A program made the translations under genes and the position numbers. The notes under the pieces are model-generated. The model saw nothing but the letters and a program-made list of their open reading frames with translations, made no database searches and had not been told where the DNA came from. A stretch of 64,000 nucleotides of DNA from an uncultured Gemmatimonadaceae bacterium. Lineage in GTDB: Bacteria; Gemmatimonadota; Gemmatimonadetes; Gemmatimonadales; Gemmatimonadaceae. The stretch's first letter is position 1; each line of letters begins with the position of its first letter. The DNA lies in assembly GCA_963843845.1 (NCBI GenBank), contig CAWJMB010000003.1, positions 224,001-288,000 on the forward strand, read 5' to 3'. Below, piece by piece: positions 59,640-64,000 of the stretch.

Positions 59640-60695
59640 TCAGCCCATCGCCCCGCCAGTCGGCACCCGCACCGCTTCGAGCACGCGCTCCACGATCCGG
59701 TCGGCCGTCACACGCTCGGACTGCGCATGAAAGTTCATGATGATCCGATGCCGCAGCACCGGCCGCGCCAGCGCCCGCACGTCCTCGAACCCCACGTGAT
59801 ACCGCCCGTGCATCAGTGCCCTCGCCTTCCCCGCGAGAATCAACTGCTGCGGCGCCCGCACGCTCGCCCCGAACGCCACGTACTTCCGCACCTCCTCCGG
59901 CGCCGCCGATTCGGCCGGCCGCGACGCCCGCGCGAGCGAGACCGCATATCGCGCCACCGCGTCCGACACCGCGACCCGCCGCACGAGCCCGTGAAACGCC
60001 CGCAGCTCCCCGCCCGAGACGACCGGCCGCAGCCGCCCCGCCGCCGGCGCCGTCGTCGCCCGCACCACCGCCACCTCGTCGTCCGCCGAGAGGTAGTCGA
60101 CGAGAATCTCGAACATGAAGCGGTCGAGCTGCGCCTCGGGCAGCGGATACGTCCCTTCGAGCTCGATCGGGTTCTGCGTCGCGAAGACGTGGAACGGCTC
60201 CTCGAGCGGATACATCCGCCCCTGCACCGTCACGCGGTGCTCCTGCATCACCTCGAGCAGCGCGGCCTGCGTCTTCGGCGGCGTCCGGTTGATCTCGTCG
60301 GCGAGCACCACGTTCGCGAAGATCGGCCCCGGCGCGAACGTCATCGACCGCTGGCCGGTCGCGTTGTCGATCTGCAGGATGTCGGTGCCCGTGATGTCGC
60401 TCGGCATCAGGTCGGGCGTGAACTGGATGCGCGAGAAGCTCAGGTCGAGCACGCGCGCGAGCGTCGAGACGAGCAGCGTCTTCGCGAGCCCCGGCGCGCC
60501 GACGATCAGGCAGTTGCCGCCGGCGAACAGCGCGATCAGCGCCTGCTCCACGACTTCGTGCTGCCCGACGATGATCTGCCGCAGCTCGCGCACGATCGTC
60601 TCGTGCGCGCTCCGCAGCCGCTCGGCCAGTGCGACGTCGTCGTGCCCGGCGTGCTCGGTCTCGGGCATCGTCCGCTCGGCGGGAATGGTCGTCAT
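59640..60695 (-). CDS. moxR: MoxR AAA+ ATPase
   Basis: [43 protein letters not shown]. Confidence 0.95.
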   Translation of the reverse strand: MTTIPAERTMPETEHAGHDDVALAERLRSAHETIVRELRQIIVGQHEVVEQALIALFAGGNCLIVGAPGLAKTLLVSTLARVLDLSFSRIQFTPDLMPSDITGTDILQIDNATGQRSMTFAPGPIFANVVLADEINRTPPKTQAALLEVMQEHRVTVQGRMYPLEEPFHVFATQNPIELEGTYPLPEAQLDRFMFEILVDYLSADDEVAVVRATTAPAAGRLRPVVSGGELRAFHGLVRRVAVSDAVARYAVSLARASRPAESAAPEEVRKYVAFGASVRAPQQLILAGKARALMHGRYHVGFEDVRALARPVLRHRIIMNFHAQSERVTADRIVERVLEAVRVPTGGAMG

Positions 60696-60710
60696 CAGTG
60701 TGTCAGCCCC

Positions 60711-61505
60711 TCAGTGGGTAAGCCCGTAGATCAGGTAGTTCACGCCGAGCTTGAACGCCTCGTTCGACGCGTCGACCGGCGTCGTGCCGCTGGCCGAGAA
60801 CTCCCAGAAGTTCGCGACGTCGGTGTTGTAGTTGATCATCACGAGCAACCGCTTCGACGGGTCGTTGTCCTCGTAGATCCCGCGGAACGCCGGCCGGTCG
60901 CGGTCGTAGAACTGTTTGACGATGTCGAACGACGGGATCTCGAAGAAGCCGTGAAAGATCGGCAGCGTCGGGTCGAGGTCGACGATGCGCGCGTCGGGGA
61001 GCACGCGGCGCATGTTCGCGGCGAACCCCTCCCACCCGCCGCCGCCGCGGCCGTCGTCGCGGAAGTCGTCGAAGATCACGAAGCCGCCCTTGAGCAGATA
61101 GGCGCGCATCGACTCCGCTTCCTTGTCGGTGATCATCCAGAACCCGGCCTCGGTCATGTAGGCGAGCGGGTACTTGAAGATCAGCGGGTCGTCGAGAGCG
61201 AGCACCTGACTGACGCCGGTCCGCGCATTCATGTTCGTGACCTCGTTCAGGATCTGCACGAGGTCGCGCTCGGCGCGCGGATAGCCGTGGGCCCACGCCG
61301 GGAGCCCGTTGTAGTAGAAGCCGCCGGGCGCCGTGTGGTAGCGGATGCGCGCGAACGTGACGCGGCCGTCGTACGGCACGTTGCGGATGAGACTTTCCTC
61401 GTCGACCGGCGGACGGAAGCGACGTTGCGCCGCGACGCCGCCGGCGAGCACGGCGATGGCGCCCAACGCGACGACGACCGAGCGGAGATCGAGGCGCGGG
61501 CTCAC
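60711..61505 (-). CDS. DUF4159 family protein
   Basis: [39 protein letters not shown]. Confidence 0.88.
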   Translation of the reverse strand: MSPRLDLRSVVVALGAIAVLAGGVAAQRRFRPPVDEESLIRNVPYDGRVTFARIRYHTAPGGFYYNGLPAWAHGYPRAERDLVQILNEVTNMNARTGVSQVLALDDPLIFKYPLAYMTEAGFWMITDKEAESMRAYLLKGGFVIFDDFRDDGRGGGGWEGFAANMRRVLPDARIVDLDPTLPIFHGFFEIPSFDIVKQFYDRDRPAFRGIYEDNDPSKRLLVMINYNTDVANFWEFSASGTTPVDASNEAFKLGVNYLIYGLTH

Positions 61506-64000
61506 CGACCGCCTCCACGCGCCGGCGCGCCCGACGCGGCCTCAGGCGCTCCGTCGACGAGCCGCAGCAGCAGCTCCTGCGCGGGCGCGTACGTCGGCGC
61601 GCGCTCCAACGCGCGCAGCACCTCGCGCTTCGCCTGCGCCCGATCCCCCGCGTCGTACAGCGCCTGGGCGAGCTGATAGCGCGCGTCCGCGACGTCGACC
61701 GGGGCGAGCGCGAGCACGGCGCGCCGCTCGCGCACCGCCGCCGCTCGGTCGCCGAGCCGCGCGGCGTAGGTCGCGAGCGTGCCGTGCAGCGCCGCGTCGT
61801 ACGGCGACACCCAGATCGCCTCCTCGAGCGCCTTCGCCGCCGCCGCCGTGTCGCCGAGCTGCGCCCGGAGCGCGGCGAGCTTGAGCTGCGCGTCGAGGTT
61901 CGCCGCGTTGCTGCCGCGTGAGCGCCGTCAGCTCGGCGGCCGCGCGCCGGAGATCGCCCTGCTTCTCGGCCAGCGCGGCCAGCATCGCGTACGCGTTCTC
62001 GTCGCCGAGCGCGAACGACGGGAACGACGCCTTCGCGCGCTCCAAGTACCGCGATCGCCGCACCGACCGAGTCGCCGAACGCGCTCGCCGAGTCGAGGCG
62101 GCGCTGTACGAGCCCTCCTCGCCGCCGCGCACCGCCGCGAACGCGTCGCCGAAACGCTGGCGTCACGTAGGCGTCGAAGCGTGTGTCGAGCGTCGCGAGA
62201 TCGATCTTCCAGCGCGCGCTGGACCGCCGCCGGCGTGTCGAGCCCGTCTCGGTACGCCGCGAGCAGCGCCGTTCGATCGCGGCCGGCCCGAGATCGCGCT
62301 CGATCATCTCGCAGACGAGCGACGCGGCGTAATACGAGAAGATGACCTGCTGCGGGAACGCCGGCCGCACGAATCCGTCGTTGAGTCGACTCGGCGGCGG
62401 CACTCGGCCGGCGTCGTACGCCTGCAGGAACGCGGGCGTCGTCGGGTCGCCCCAGCCGGGCCGGGCGCGCCGCTCCTCGAGCGTCGACAGCCCCTCGGAC
62501 AGCCAGCGCGGCACGCGGTCGTTCGTGACGCCTAACGTGAACGTGTGGGCCAGCTCGTGCCACGCCGTCGCGCCCCAGTGGAATGCGCCCTTGTCGCGCG
62601 CCGACGGGGCGTCCATCGCGAGCACCGGCCCGAAGCTGATGCCCAACGCGCCAAGGCCCGTGAGGCCGACCGAGCGCACCGAGAAGTCGGCGTGCGTGCG
62701 GTACAGCTCGAGGCGCACCGGCGGCGGCGCGTAGCCGTAGCGCGTCGACATCTCCCTCTACCCGCGCTCGAGCAGGTCGCCGAGGTAGAGCGAGAGCAGC
62801 GTCGACTTCGGTGCTGTCGGCGACGACCGCGAAGTGCGGCGTCCGCGTCGTGCAGGTAGCCGCGCGTCGCGTCGAGCAGGTCGAGCGTGTTCTTCGTCCA
62901 CGGGTCGAACGGGTCGCCCTTGAACGCCACGTCGAGACTCGCCCGCGCCGAGTCGACGAGACCGAGCCGCAGCTGGTTGATGCCGCGGAGCGCGTGACTG
63001 CGCCACGACGTCGGGTCGAGCGCGACGCCCTGCGCGCCGAAGCGCGCCGCCGCCGCGTACTGCCGGTGCCGCGCCGCGCGTTCGGCGAGCGTCGCGTAGA
63101 ACTCCGCGTGCTTCGGGTCGCGGGCGAAGACGCGCGCGCGCGTCGCCGCCATCCCCGCGCTGTCGCCGCGCAGGTAGCGCACGGCGCCCAACAGCGAGAG
63201 CGCGTCCAGCGACGCCGAGTCGATGGCGAGCGCGCGGTCGATCGCCGCGGTCGCCGACGTCGTAGCGCTCGGCGTCGAGGTGTGCGGCGGCGATGAAGAG
63301 ATGGCCGTCGACGAGGCGCGGGTTCGCGACCAGACTCGACTCGGCGATCGCGACGGCGCCGGGGCCGCCGTCGAAGTCGCGGATCCTCGCCATCCCCAGC
63401 AGCGCCTGCGCGTTGCGCGGGTTCGTCCGGAGCACCGCCTCGAACGACCGCCGCGCGTCGTCGCCGTTGTAGCGGTCGAGGAACAGCGCGCCGGCGCGCA
63501 GCTTCGGCTCGGCGTCCGCCGGGTTCTCGGCCGCGGCGCGGTCGTAGGCGGCGAGCGCCTGGCGGACGCGCTGCGGGTCGGTGCGCGCGAGGCCGCGGTG
63601 CGCGTCGCCGACGGCGAGCCACTGCGCCTCGTTCAGACGGTTGCCTTCTTCCTGCGCCGCGACGACGCGCCGGTACTGCACGCGCGCGCCGTCGCGGTCT
63701 CCGCTCTCGTCGAGCAGGCGCCCGAGCGCGGCGCGCGCGGTGAGCGAGTCGGGCACGCGCGCGGCGATCGCCTGCTCGAATGTCTGCCGGGCCTCGTCGA
63801 CACGACCACGCCGGGCGAGCACGGTGCCGAACGTCGTCAGCGTCGACGGGCGCAGCGTGGGGTCGGCCGACCACTGCCGCGCCATCCGCTCCGCCTCGGC
63901 GTCGCGCCCGGCGTCGACGAGGGTGAGCAGCAGCGTCGCCTGCACCGACCGCCCGGCCCGGGCGGCGCGCGCCTCGGACGCCGTGTCGCGCGGCTGCGCG
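61502..64000 (-). CDS. TPR-repeat protein with MA-clan metallopeptidase domain (5' end outside window, several frameshifts)
   Basis: Many TPR-like helices; AWHELAH (HExxH) and VPRWLSEGL. Confidence 0.82.

Noticed and set aside
58023..61676. 1217-aa plus-strand ORF as a real large protein
   Set aside because: Shadow of DUF58/moxR/DUF4159. Only the part from 59280 to about 59560 is a recognisable four-helix-bundle sequence.
52230..64000. MoxR/DUF58/BatA-vWA/DUF4159/TPR operon as a novel system
   Set aside because: A widespread known operon type. Only the inserted cassette is unusual.

Overview
Very GC-rich bacterial chromosomal window (roughly 75% by eye), with gene content resembling Gemmatimonadota; the taxon is an inference. 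Many genes are split by single-base indels that cluster in blocks, most likely long-read consensus errors. Contents: MarR/VOC pair, M28, S9 and S41 (tricorn) peptidases, an orphan tyrosine recombinase, stress-type oxidoreductases, an acyl-CoA-dehydrogenase-like gene coupled to PAS histidine kinases, a nucleotide-translocase-like MFS gene with a Tat-exported SDR, cls, treZ, an L,D-transpeptidase, a marR-clc-nhaP-mscS block, arsR-arsM, an SH3-muramidase and a MoxR/DUF58/vWA operon. Most interesting: (1) a coupled four-gene operon vWA -> Ser/Thr kinase-FHA -> PPP-type phosphatase -> zinc-ribbon membrane protein (27760-32006), like a TerY-P triad but with a different phosphatase class, preceded by an 11-6-11 dif-like palindrome; (2) an antisense four-helix-bundle (IVP/Avd-like) gene enclosed by perfect 46-bp inverted repeats inside the MoxR operon, with mirror-image G/C skew in the flanking genes; (3) an over-represented octamer GCCTAACG; (4) repeated operator and sigma54-like motifs. 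No rRNA, tRNA, CRISPR array, transposase or reverse transcriptase was recognised. All family assignments come from motif recognition by eye, not database searches.
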